A stretch of DNA of 24,000 bases from Antrihabitans sp. YC2-6. GTDB lineage: Bacteria > Actinomycetota > Actinomycetes > Mycobacteriales > Mycobacteriaceae. Each line of letters starts with the position of its first letter. Positions within the stretch are counted from its first letter, which is position 1. This document shows, one piece after another, positions 15,016 through 22,420 of this stretch. The stretch covers positions 1,145,531 to 1,169,530 of the forward strand of contig NZ_JAEMNW010000001.1 of NCBI RefSeq assembly GCF_016481275.1. Direction: 5' to 3'. Both the position numbers and the translations under genes were made by a program. The notes beneath the pieces were generated by a model. The model was given only the letters and a program-made list of their open reading frames with translations, ran no database searches and was not told where the DNA came from.

Positions 15016-16358
15016 CAACGGCCACCGGTCTCGGGTGCCTGCGTCAGCGTGACCTCGACCGACTTCTCGTTTCTGCCGTTCTCGTCGGTGTAGGTCACCG
15101 ACACCTTGTCTCCTGGCTCGCGGGACCGGATGGCGGCGATGAGTGCGTCTCCGGAATCGATGCGACGCTCGTCGACCTTGATGATGACCGAATTCTTCGG
15201 AATCCCCGCAAGCTCGGCAGGTCCGCCCGCGGTCACATCCGTGACGCGTGCGCCGTTGGCCTCGTCCTGCGACGGAACCTGCACACCGATGAGCGCGTGC
15301 GTGGCTCTGCCCGTCGTACGCAATTCGTCGGCGATGCGCGCTGCGGTATCCACCGGAATCGCGAAGCCGAGACCGATCGAGCCGCTCTGCGCCTGCTGAC
15401 CGGACTCGCCGCCCAAGGTCGCGATGGCGGTGTTGATGCCGACGAGCTTGCCGTTCATGTCGACGAGCGCGCCGCCGGAGTTGCCAGGATTGATCGCAGC
15501 GTCGGTCTGCACCGCGTCGATGACGGTGTTCTGATTGTTCGAGTCACCGCTCGTCGACACCGGGCGGTTGAGCGACGACACGATTCCGCTGGTGACCGTG
15601 CCGGCCAGGCCGAGCGGCGAGCCGATCGCGACAACCTGCTGGCCGACCTGCAAACCCGACGAATCACCGAGTTCGATCGGCGTCAAGCCGGTCTTTCCGT
15701 CGACCTTGATCACGGCGAGGTCCGAAACTGCGTCGGCACCGACGACCGTTGCGGGCGCGGTGGACCCATCCGAGAAGACCACGGTGATTCTGCCGTCGCG
15801 GCCTGCGCCGGACGCGACGTGATTGTTGGTCAGGATCATGCCGTCCGACGAGAGGACCACACCCGAACCTTCACCTTCGGCACGCTCGCCCACGATCTTG
15901 ATCATCACGACGCTGGGAACGACCTTGTTCGCGACCGCCTGCACCGAACCCGCCGGCGCGTTGATAGCCGGAGTCGCGCTGGTCTTGGGCGCATCGAGCG
16001 CGTTCGTGCTCGATGCACCACTGGAACTGTTCGAATTCTCGGTGGCCAACACGCCGACCGCACCGCCGACGCCACCACTCACCAGTGCAAGGACGCAAGC
16101 CCCCGCGACGAGTCCCGCACGACCGCGGCGGCGCGGAGCCACCGGCTGGGCCTGCGTCGGCGCGTATCCATAGGTTCCGTACGCGGGTGGCTGCTGCGGA
16201 AAGTCCGCAGGTCCGAACTGCGCTGCTGTACGGTGCGCGTGGACGTCGGTGCGGCGAATGTCGGACGTGTTGTAGTGACCCGAATCGGTGGGATAGCCCT
16301 GGCTCGGCTGGTTGCCGGCGCCGGATTGGCCCTCGGCACCTATCTGGTTGTCGGACAT
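15015..16358 (-). CDS. pepD: HtrA/PepD-type trypsin-like serine protease with C-terminal PDZ domain
   Basis: ATG at 16358 (MSDNQIG...) is preferred because AAGGAAG lies about 10 nt upstream. The protein has a Pro/Gln-rich N-terminus, a TM helix, catalytic motifs TNNHV, DLAVIK and NPGNSGGALVD, and a PDZ domain at the C-terminus. Confidence 0.9.
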   Translation of the reverse strand: MSDNQIGAEGQSGAGNQPSQGYPTDSGHYNTSDIRRTDVHAHRTAAQFGPADFPQQPPAYGTYGYAPTQAQPVAPRRRGRAGLVAGACVLALVSGGVGGAVGVLATENSNSSSGASSTNALDAPKTSATPAINAPAGSVQAVANKVVPSVVMIKIVGERAEGEGSGVVLSSDGMILTNNHVASGAGRDGRITVVFSDGSTAPATVVGADAVSDLAVIKVDGKTGLTPIELGDSSGLQVGQQVVAIGSPLGLAGTVTSGIVSSLNRPVSTSGDSNNQNTVIDAVQTDAAINPGNSGGALVDMNGKLVGINTAIATLGGESGQQAQSGSIGLGFAIPVDTAARIADELRTTGRATHALIGVQVPSQDEANGARVTDVTAGGPAELAGIPKNSVIIKVDERRIDSGDALIAAIRSREPGDKVSVTYTDENGRNEKSVEVTLTQAPETGGR

Positions 16359-16433
16359 CGGTCCCCGCTTCCTTACTAGTACGGCTCGGTCGAGCGGTAC
16401 CCATACGTGTCTTGCGTCAAGCATGTCGACGGC

Positions 16434-16452
16434 GGCTGAGAGCGAACTGAGA
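16434..16452 (-). promoter_or_regulatory. MprA-box-like direct repeat upstream of pepD
   Basis: Minus strand reads TCTCAGTT-CGC-TCTCAGCC: two 8-bp direct repeats with a 3-nt spacer (11-bp period), in the mprB-pepD intergenic region. Confidence 0.65.
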
Positions 16453-16482
16453 CCGGCATATCAGTTTGCCGAGACAATGCTG

Positions 16483-18003
16483 TCAGTCCACCTGCGGCGA
16501 GCCCGGTTCCCTGCCGCGCCGGTCCCCTGGCTCGAATGTGCCCGGTTCGCCGGGCAGCACGATCCTGATTATTGCGCCCCCCCGCGTCGATGTCCCGATC
16601 GCGATCGTTCCGCCATGTTTGACGACCACCTGCCGCACGATCGCCAATCCCAGCCCCGAACCGGGCATCGAGCGCGACGCCATGGTCCGATAGAAGCGTT
16701 CGAAGACGAGCTCACGCTCTTCCGCCGGGATGCCGGGTCCGGCGTCGTCGACCGACAACTCGATCAATCCGCCACCCAGATGCCGCATCAGCACGTCGAC
16801 CCGCTCCCCCGGCGGGCTCCATTTCGCCGCGTTGTCGAGAACGTTGAGAACCGCGCGTTGCAAACCGGCCTCGTGGCCGTACACGAACCACGGCTCGAGG
16901 ACCGCTGTGAACGCAATTTCGTTGCGGCGCCTGCGCGCTCGTTCGAGTGCACGCTCGACGACGTCCGCGAGGTCGACCCGTTCGTAAACGGTTTCAGGCG
17001 CATCCTCGCGGGCAAGGTCCACGAGATCGCCTACCAGCGTGGACAATTCCTCGATCTGCGCGATGACGTCGGCGCGCAGTTCGATCATGTCCTCGTCCGG
17101 AACCCGTGGCGCCCCAGGGCGACTCGACGCGATGAGCAGTTCCGTGTTGGTGCGCAACGAGGTCAGCGGCGTACGCAACTCGTGGCCCGCATCGGCGACG
17201 AGCCGGCTCTGGCGGTCGCGCGACTCCGCGAGCGCACGCAGCATCGTATTGAAACTCTCTGTGAGCCTTGCCAGTTCGTCGTTGCCGGTGACCGGTATAG
17301 GTGTCAGGTCGTCGGTTCGGGCGACGCGCTCGGCCGCTGCGGTCAACCGGGCAATCGGCCGCAGTCCAGTCCGTCCGACCGCCGTACCGGCAACCGCTGC
17401 CAGCACGACTCCGCAGCCACCCACGATGAACAACACCCACGCAAGCCGGTCGAGGACCTCACCGGTCGGCTGGAGCCGTTGGGCGAGAACGAGAGTGCTG
17501 CCGGTATGGGTTCGCGCGGTGAGGACGCGGTGGCCGTCGGCGGTGTGCAGTGACGTCTGTCGTTCACCTTTCGCCACGGCCATTTCGTCGGCGCCGATCG
17601 GCGCGTTCGATCCCGGCGGCATGTAGACGTTCAGGTCGGGGAAGATCAGCGCAACGCTGATGTCCTTCGAATAGAACGTCGCAAAGTCGATGAACCGGAC
17701 GTCGAGCGCGTCGAGGTTGTTGTCGATCAGGGTCGCGGCGCGTGTCTTCAACTGTTCGTCGACGTCCGCGTACAACGCTCGCGCCACAACCGCGTAGGCG
17801 GCGATCGCCATCACAGCCACCGCGATAGCGACCACGGACGCCGCAAGCAATGTGACGCGCCAGCGCAACGACACCGAGCGCGTCAACGGCATGGGTGGAC
17901 GCATTTCGTTCGCGACCGAAACACCGACCGGCGCCAACGGCTTCGTGCCCGATGCACCTCCGTTGACGCCGGTGGGAGTGTCTCGGTGCAGCCCCAACCT
18001 CAC
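16483..18003 (-). CDS. mprB: Two-component sensor histidine kinase MprB
   Basis: 506 aa with two TM segments, a HAMP domain, the H-box AGHELRTPLTSL, and HATPase motifs (DNAAKWS, DDAGPGI, GSGLGLAIV). It lies immediately downstream of mprA. The start could be the internal MRPPMPL. Confidence 0.9.
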   Translation of the reverse strand: MRLGLHRDTPTGVNGGASGTKPLAPVGVSVANEMRPPMPLTRSVSLRWRVTLLAASVVAIAVAVMAIAAYAVVARALYADVDEQLKTRAATLIDNNLDALDVRFIDFATFYSKDISVALIFPDLNVYMPPGSNAPIGADEMAVAKGERQTSLHTADGHRVLTARTHTGSTLVLAQRLQPTGEVLDRLAWVLFIVGGCGVVLAAVAGTAVGRTGLRPIARLTAAAERVARTDDLTPIPVTGNDELARLTESFNTMLRALAESRDRQSRLVADAGHELRTPLTSLRTNTELLIASSRPGAPRVPDEDMIELRADVIAQIEELSTLVGDLVDLAREDAPETVYERVDLADVVERALERARRRRNEIAFTAVLEPWFVYGHEAGLQRAVLNVLDNAAKWSPPGERVDVLMRHLGGGLIELSVDDAGPGIPAEERELVFERFYRTMASRSMPGSGLGLAIVRQVVVKHGGTIAIGTSTRGGAIIRIVLPGEPGTFEPGDRRGREPGSPQVD

Positions 18004-18016
18004 TGTGCCGAACGCC

Positions 18017-18703
18017 TCACGGTGGGGTCTCCCGCAATACGTAGCCGACGCCGCGCACGGTATGGATCAGCCGCGGTTCGCCGTCCGCCTCGGTCTTGCG
18101 ACGTAGATAGCCGACGTAGACCTCGAGCGCATTTCCGGACGTCGGGAAGTCGTAACCCCAGACTTCCTCGAGAATCCGGCTGCGCGTGAGCACACGACGG
18201 GGGTTGGCCAGCAGCATCTCCAGCAGGGAGAACTCGGTGCGAGTCAGGCTGATCTGCCGATCCCCGCGCGTGACCTCACGGGTCACCGGGTCTAGGCATA
18301 GGTCGTCGAATTGCATTGCCTCCGAATCCATCCCCGGCTCAGGAGCCGCACGGCGCAGCAGTGCGCGCAGCCGTGCGAGCAGTTCCTCGAGCGCGAACGG
18401 TTTCGGCAGGTAGTCGTCGGCTCCCGCGTCGAGACCGGCGACCCGCTCGGAGACCGAGTCCCGCGCGGTGAGGACGAGAATCGGCAAGTCGTCACCCGTG
18501 CTGCGCAGCCGTCGGCACACCTCGAGTCCGTCGAGCCGGGGCATCATCACGTCGAGGACCAACGCGTCGGGACGAGACAGGGTGGTCTTGTCGAGAGCAT
18601 CGACACCGTCGACTGCCAGGTCGACTGTGTATCCGTTGAAGGTGAGCGAGCGGCGCAACGACTCCCGGACGGCCCGATCGTCGTCGACTACCAATATGCG
18701 CAT
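18017..18703 (-). CDS. mprA: OmpR-family response regulator MprA
   Basis: ATG at 18703 gives [16 protein letters not shown]...[10 protein letters not shown]...DDYLPKPF plus a winged-helix C-terminus ([12 protein letters not shown]...VYVGYLRRK). The upstream 53 codons of the track ORF overlap rpmF out of frame. Confidence 0.92.
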   Translation of the reverse strand: MRILVVDDDRAVRESLRRSLTFNGYTVDLAVDGVDALDKTTLSRPDALVLDVMMPRLDGLEVCRRLRSTGDDLPILVLTARDSVSERVAGLDAGADDYLPKPFALEELLARLRALLRRAAPEPGMDSEAMQFDDLCLDPVTREVTRGDRQISLTRTEFSLLEMLLANPRRVLTRSRILEEVWGYDFPTSGNALEVYVGYLRRKTEADGEPRLIHTVRGVGYVLRETPP

Positions 18704-18723
18704 GTCAACAGTTTGGCCCGCGC

Positions 18724-18742
18724 GACTGAGATCTGTCTGAGA
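18724..18742 (-). promoter_or_regulatory. MprA-box-like direct repeat upstream of mprA
   Basis: Minus strand reads TCTCAGAC-AGA-TCTCAGTC, with the same 8-3-8 architecture as the site at 16434-16452. It lies 21 nt upstream of the mprA ATG. Confidence 0.65.
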
Positions 18743-18756
18743 ACTCGCTCTGTGAC

Positions 18757-18918
18757 CTACGGTACGAGGCCGAGTCGGGCAGCCTTGAGCAGCCTCCGCG
18801 GCACCTTGCGGACAACGCCGTCGACCGTGACCGGAACCAGTTCGGGGTTGTTCGCCTTCCATTGCGCCCGGCGCTTACGCGTGTTCGACCGCGACATTCG
18901 GCGCTTCGGGACGGCCAC
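18757..18918 (-). CDS. rpmF: 50S ribosomal protein L32 (Cys-less form)
   Basis: GTG at 18918 gives (M)[52 protein letters not shown], 53 aa with no CxxC motifs. The start is 1 nt after the rpmE2 stop codon. Confidence 0.9.
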   Translation of the reverse strand: MAVPKRRMSRSNTRKRRAQWKANNPELVPVTVDGVVRKVPRRLLKAARLGLVP

Positions 18919-18919
18919 G

Positions 18920-19183
18920 TCAGGCACCCGCCTTTCGCGAGCGACGGCCGTAGCGACGCTCGAAGCGCTCGACCCGGCCGGCATTGTCGAGGACCCTGTG
19001 CGCCCCGGTCCAGAACGGGTGCGAGTCGGATGTCACATCCACGACGATCAGCGGATACGTGTTGCCGTCGGTCCATTCGACGACGCGGTCGCTGACGCTC
19101 GTCGAGCGCGTGAGGAAGCGGAATCCGGTGCCGGAATCCTGGAAGACCACCGGGTGGTAGTCGGGGTGAATGTCCGGCTTCAT
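18920..19183 (-). CDS. rpmE2: 50S ribosomal protein L31 type B (zinc-independent paralogue)
   Basis: ATG at 19183 gives [28 protein letters not shown]...[10 protein letters not shown], with no Cys residues. The ATG overlaps the upstream gene's TGA (ATGA). Confidence 0.9.
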   Translation of the reverse strand: MKPDIHPDYHPVVFQDSGTGFRFLTRSTSVSDRVVEWTDGNTYPLIVVDVTSDSHPFWTGAHRVLDNAGRVERFERRYGRRSRKAGA

Positions 19184-20454
19184 GCCTGATCCTCTCGTTC
19201 GCTGTCGACAAATGGCGATTCGCTTGTGCCGCATGGTTCTTCGTGCCAGTCACCGAACGGGTCGGGCCAGTGGCGCCATTGCGCCTGCTCCAGCAACTCG
19301 TCGTCGGTCACGAGCGCCCACTGCAAGGCACGGTCGATTTCGGACGGGTCCGCATCGTGCACCAGCGCAATCAACGAGTTGTCCCTGTCACCGAACCGGT
19401 CCGACCACCGCAGAGCGGCCATGACCCGACGTTCCGGCGACTCGGCTTCACGCTCGGGCTGAGTCATCGACACCAGCCACTTCCCCGCATGCCCGACTCG
19501 AAGTCCGCCACCGGCAGACTCCAGCCACAGCGCGTTCTCGGGTTGGGTCGCCACCCAGATCCGGCCCCGAGCCGTGACAACGCCGTCGAGCAAAGTGTCG
19601 ATGGCCTCGTGCAGGCGTTGCGGGTGGAACGGGCGTGCAGCCGAGAATTCCACGATCGCGACGCCGTTCTCGTAGGTCAACGGCGGTTCACCGCGTAGCA
19701 GCGGCCCATGCGGGTCGGCAAATGCGCCGTGGCGCGCGTTCGCGGGAACCACTGCCAGTAGCCCGCGCACGTCGAGTCGGGCACCGTCGGTCCACAGCAT
19801 CGGCACCGACGGCGCAAGCCTTGCCAGTACAGCGGTCAGCTTGGCGGCGGCGAGGGGGTCTGCAGCGTTGCCACTCACGACGAGCGCATCTGCGTACTCG
19901 ACCTGACCGACAACGACCTGCGCGACGGTCCGATCGTCACCGGGTCCGTTGCCGCATTCGGCTACCCGGCCGGCGAGCGTGTCGTCGCCGGTCGCGTCGG
20001 ACAGCCAGGACTCGGCGTCGATGCAGGTGAGCACCGCAGCCACTTGCACATCCCTGCTGGCGGGTCCGTCGATCTGCCCGACCACGCCGGACACGACCAC
20101 GTTTTCGATCGCCCAGCACACGGCTTCCGGTTCCAGCGTGCGGTCGAGTTCCACGACGATCCGGCGAACCTGGCTGCGTACAGCCAACTTTCGCAACAGC
20201 GGCAGCAAGTCTGCGCGGACCGTGCACGAGACGCAGCCGTTGACCAGTTCGAGAATCGACACGTTCTCACGGCCGTCCGAATTGATCACCGTTCGATGGA
20301 CGACCCCCTGCGCGACATCACGGAGATCGTGGTGAACGAGAATCGTCCCCTCTTCGAGCAACGACCGTGCGGTTGTCGCAGTCGGCCCGGACCATCCCGA
20401 GACGAGGACAACCTCCGCTCGCCGATCCTGCCGCCTTCGAACCTGCTGGCTCAC
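19180..20454 (-). CDS. COG0523/G3E-family (CobW-like) protein with degenerate Walker A (Rv0106-like)
   Basis: Sequence includes [19 protein letters not shown] where GxxGxGKT is expected, [12 protein letters not shown] where GCxCC is expected, [14 protein letters not shown], and a CobW-C-like C-terminal half ([50 protein letters not shown]). The start is uncertain: GTG at 20454 has GAAAGG 6 nt upstream, and ATG at 20481 lies inside Zur box 1. The longer track ORF running to 20814 is an artefact. Confidence 0.8.
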   Translation of the reverse strand: MSQQVRRRQDRRAEVVLVSGWSGPTATTARSLLEEGTILVHHDLRDVAQGVVHRTVINSDGRENVSILELVNGCVSCTVRADLLPLLRKLAVRSQVRRIVVELDRTLEPEAVCWAIENVVVSGVVGQIDGPASRDVQVAAVLTCIDAESWLSDATGDDTLAGRVAECGNGPGDDRTVAQVVVGQVEYADALVVSGNAADPLAAAKLTAVLARLAPSVPMLWTDGARLDVRGLLAVVPANARHGAFADPHGPLLRGEPPLTYENGVAIVEFSAARPFHPQRLHEAIDTLLDGVVTARGRIWVATQPENALWLESAGGGLRVGHAGKWLVSMTQPEREAESPERRVMAALRWSDRFGDRDNSLIALVHDADPSEIDRALQWALVTDDELLEQAQWRHWPDPFGDWHEEPCGTSESPFVDSEREDQA

Positions 20455-20464
20455 GCTCACCCTT

Positions 20465-20483
20465 TCGATAACGATTGTCATTA
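20465..20483. promoter_or_regulatory. Zur-box-like operator 1
   Basis: TCGATAACGATTGTCATTA has the core inverted repeat GAyAA-CGA-TTGTC. It is an 18/19 copy of the element at 20519-20537. It sits in the divergent promoter region between a COG0523 gene and the Cys-less ribosomal protein paralogues. Confidence 0.7.
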
Positions 20484-20518
20484 ACGGTTTCGAACGGTAC
20501 CGTGAATCTTCGCCGTTG

Positions 20519-20537
20519 TCGACAACGATTGTCATTA
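20519..20537. promoter_or_regulatory. Zur-box-like operator 2
   Basis: TCGACAACGATTGTCATTA. The reverse strand reads TAATGACAATCGTTGTCGA, which resembles the actinobacterial Zur consensus of the TGAAAATCATTTTCA type. It ends 17 nt upstream of the rpmB ATG. Confidence 0.7.
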
Positions 20538-20553
20538 TTGAAGGGAGCTGCAT

Positions 20554-20790
20554 ATGTCCGCCCACTGCATGGTCACCGGACGCAAGCCAGGTTTCGGCAA
20601 GTCCGTATCCCACTCGCACAAGCGCACCAACAGACGCTGGAACCCGAACGTCAGCCGCAAGACCTACTACCTGCCCAGCGAAGGCCGCCGCGTCACGCTC
20701 ACCGTCTCGGCCAAGGGAATCAAGACCGTCGACCGCGACGGCATCGAAGCGGTCGTGGCACGAATTCGGGCATCCGGAGTGAAAGTCTGA
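20554..20790 (+). CDS. rpmB: 50S ribosomal protein L28 (alternative paralogue)
   Basis: [33 protein letters not shown]...[12 protein letters not shown], 78 aa. GAAGGGAG lies 7 nt upstream of the start. Confidence 0.92.
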   Translation: MSAHCMVTGRKPGFGKSVSHSHKRTNRRWNPNVSRKTYYLPSEGRRVTLTVSAKGIKTVDRDGIEAVVARIRASGVKV

Positions 20791-20978
20791 TGGCGCGCAA
20801 CGAGATCCGCCCAATCGTCAAGCTGAAGTCCACCGCCGGAACGGGCTACACGTACGTCACGCGAAAGAACCGCGGGAGCGGAGCGACCCGAAGACACAGC
20901 AATGATTCCGCACGCCTTGTGCTGCGGAAGTACGACCCGCGGGTCCGCCGGCATGTCGATTTTCGCGAGGAGCGATAA
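20790..20978 (+). CDS. rpmG: 50S ribosomal protein L33 (Cys-less paralogue) carrying an ~8-aa internal insertion
   Basis: [62 protein letters not shown], 62 aa. The ATG overlaps the rpmB TGA (TGATG). Confidence 0.88.
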   Translation: MARNEIRPIVKLKSTAGTGYTYVTRKNRGSGATRRHSNDSARLVLRKYDPRVRRHVDFREER

Positions 20979-20981
20979 ACA

Positions 20982-21287
20982 GTGGCCAAGAAGTCCAAAA
21001 TTGCGCGAAACGAACAGCGCAAGATCATCGTCGCGCGCTACGCGGAGCGGCGCGCGGAACTGAAGGACATCGTCCGTCGACCTGCGAGTGGCGAGGCCGA
21101 GAAAGCGGCAGCACAGGTTGCGCTACACAAGCTTCCGCGCGATGCAAGTCCGGTACGATTGCGGAATCGAGACGCAGCTGACGGTCGTCCGCGCGGTCAC
21201 CTTCGAAAGTTCGGCTTGTCCCGGATCCGGGTCCGGGAGCTGGCTCATCGTGGTGAGTTGCCCGGCGTCCGGAAGTCGAGTTGGTGA
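20982..21287 (+). CDS. rpsN: 30S ribosomal protein S14 (long, zinc-independent form)
   Basis: GTG start. [28 protein letters not shown]...[35 protein letters not shown], 101 aa with no Cys residues. Confidence 0.92.
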   Translation: MAKKSKIARNEQRKIIVARYAERRAELKDIVRRPASGEAEKAAAQVALHKLPRDASPVRLRNRDAADGRPRGHLRKFGLSRIRVRELAHRGELPGVRKSSW

Positions 21288-21297
21288 GGAGCCAGCC

Positions 21298-21552
21298 ATG
21301 GCAGTCAAACGAGCACCGTCGAAGAAGGTTCGCGACGAGCAGGGTCGCCGACCGAAGAAGAACCCGCTGATCGCCGCGGGCATCGAAGACGTCGACTACA
21401 AGGACGTCAATCTGCTGCGCACCTTCATCTCCGACCGCGGGAAGATCCGTAGCCGCCGCGTCACAGGTCTGACACCGCAGCAACAGCGACAGGTGGCCGT
21501 CGCGGTCAAGAACGCCCGGGAAATGGCACTGCTGCCGTTCACGAGCAGGTAG
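21298..21552 (+). CDS. rpsR: 30S ribosomal protein S18 (alternative paralogue)
   Basis: ATG at 21298, preceded by GGTGAGGAG. Sequence: [24 protein letters not shown]...[50 protein letters not shown]. Confidence 0.9.
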   Translation: MAVKRAPSKKVRDEQGRRPKKNPLIAAGIEDVDYKDVNLLRTFISDRGKIRSRRVTGLTPQQQRQVAVAVKNAREMALLPFTSR

Positions 21553-21562
21553 CTGAGACCGA

Positions 21563-21601
21563 AAGGGCGGGTGTCGCGACTCCTTCGCGACACCCGCCCT
21601 T
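21563..21601. terminator. Bidirectional stem-loop between the convergent rpsR and lectin/LysM genes
   Basis: AAGGGCGGGTGTCGCGA-CTCCT-TCGCGACACCCGCCCTT, a 17-bp perfect stem. It lies 11 nt after the rpsR stop and 9 nt after the minus-strand gene's stop. Confidence 0.8.
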
Positions 21602-21609
21602 CTCGTCGC

Positions 21610-22182
21610 TTACGGGATGGTGAGGACCTGGCCCGGGTTGATCAGATCCGGGTTGTCGATGCCACTCGCGTTGGCGATTTCCTGGTAGCGGTTGCCGTCG
21701 CCGTAGAAACGCTCGGCGATTGCCCACAGGGTGTCACCCGGCTCGACCGTGTAGGTCTGTGCCGCCGGGGGCGCCTCGACCGGCGGTGCCGGCGCCGGCT
21801 CGGGCTCCGGAGCGGGCTCCGGCTCGGCCGGCGCGACGTACGGGGTGTCAGTGACCGTATTGGATGCCCACAGCGACGAACCGCTCGCCGAGTACAGCAC
21901 GACGTTGCGGTCTGCCTGGAGAACCAACTTCGCGCCGTCGGCGCTCTTGTTCGTCTTCGAATCCCACTTGACCTCACCGGAACCCGTGTAGAGAACGAAG
22001 TTGCTGTCGTTCTGCAGCGTTGCGCGCTCGACGCCGTGTCCGTTGGTACCGGTGGACCACACGGCCTTGCCGTCGTCCGACAGGACGAGGTTGCCGTCCT
22101 CCTGAAGCGTCAGATCGAACGGTCCCAAGTTGAGCGACTGTCCGCGGTTCAGGCTTTCGCCCGCCTGCAACGTGTCCGCCAC
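21610..22182 (-). CDS. Bulb-type (beta-prism II) mannose-binding lectin domain + Pro-rich linker + LysM domain protein
   Basis: GTG at 22182 is preferred (AAAGGGGAAA upstream). There are three QxDxNxVxY-type repeats (LQEDGNLVL, LQNDSNFVLY, LQADRNVVLY), the linker PAEPEPAPEPEPAPAPP, and the LysM segment YTVEPGDTLWAIAERFYGDGNRYQEIANASGIDNPDLINPGQVLTIP. No signal peptide is evident. Confidence 0.85.
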   Translation of the reverse strand: MADTLQAGESLNRGQSLNLGPFDLTLQEDGNLVLSDDGKAVWSTGTNGHGVERATLQNDSNFVLYTGSGEVKWDSKTNKSADGAKLVLQADRNVVLYSASGSSLWASNTVTDTPYVAPAEPEPAPEPEPAPAPPVEAPPAAQTYTVEPGDTLWAIAERFYGDGNRYQEIANASGIDNPDLINPGQVLTIP

Positions 22183-22420
22183 GTGTTTCCCCTTTCGGAG
22201 GATCGATGAATAATTTCCCCAGTGCCGCCACCGTGTTGCTGAGGCAGCGCGCACCGGAGCCGAACACTACTGCCGAGTAGGGCGCCACGCCCGACTTAGA
22301 ATCACGATTTCAAGCAATGTTCATGCTGAGAATTTGCCGAAGGCGTGTGACCTGCGACATTACGGCGACCCGCTCGCAGAAATTAGCTGCTGGATTGCTG
22401 GCGTGTCGTGGAAACAGGCG

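Noticed and set aside
20482-20814. N-terminal extension of the COG0523 ORF up to 20814
   Set aside because: It would run through both Zur-like boxes and antisense across the rpmB start. The composition is not coding-like, and conserved COG0523 homology begins only after about 20440.
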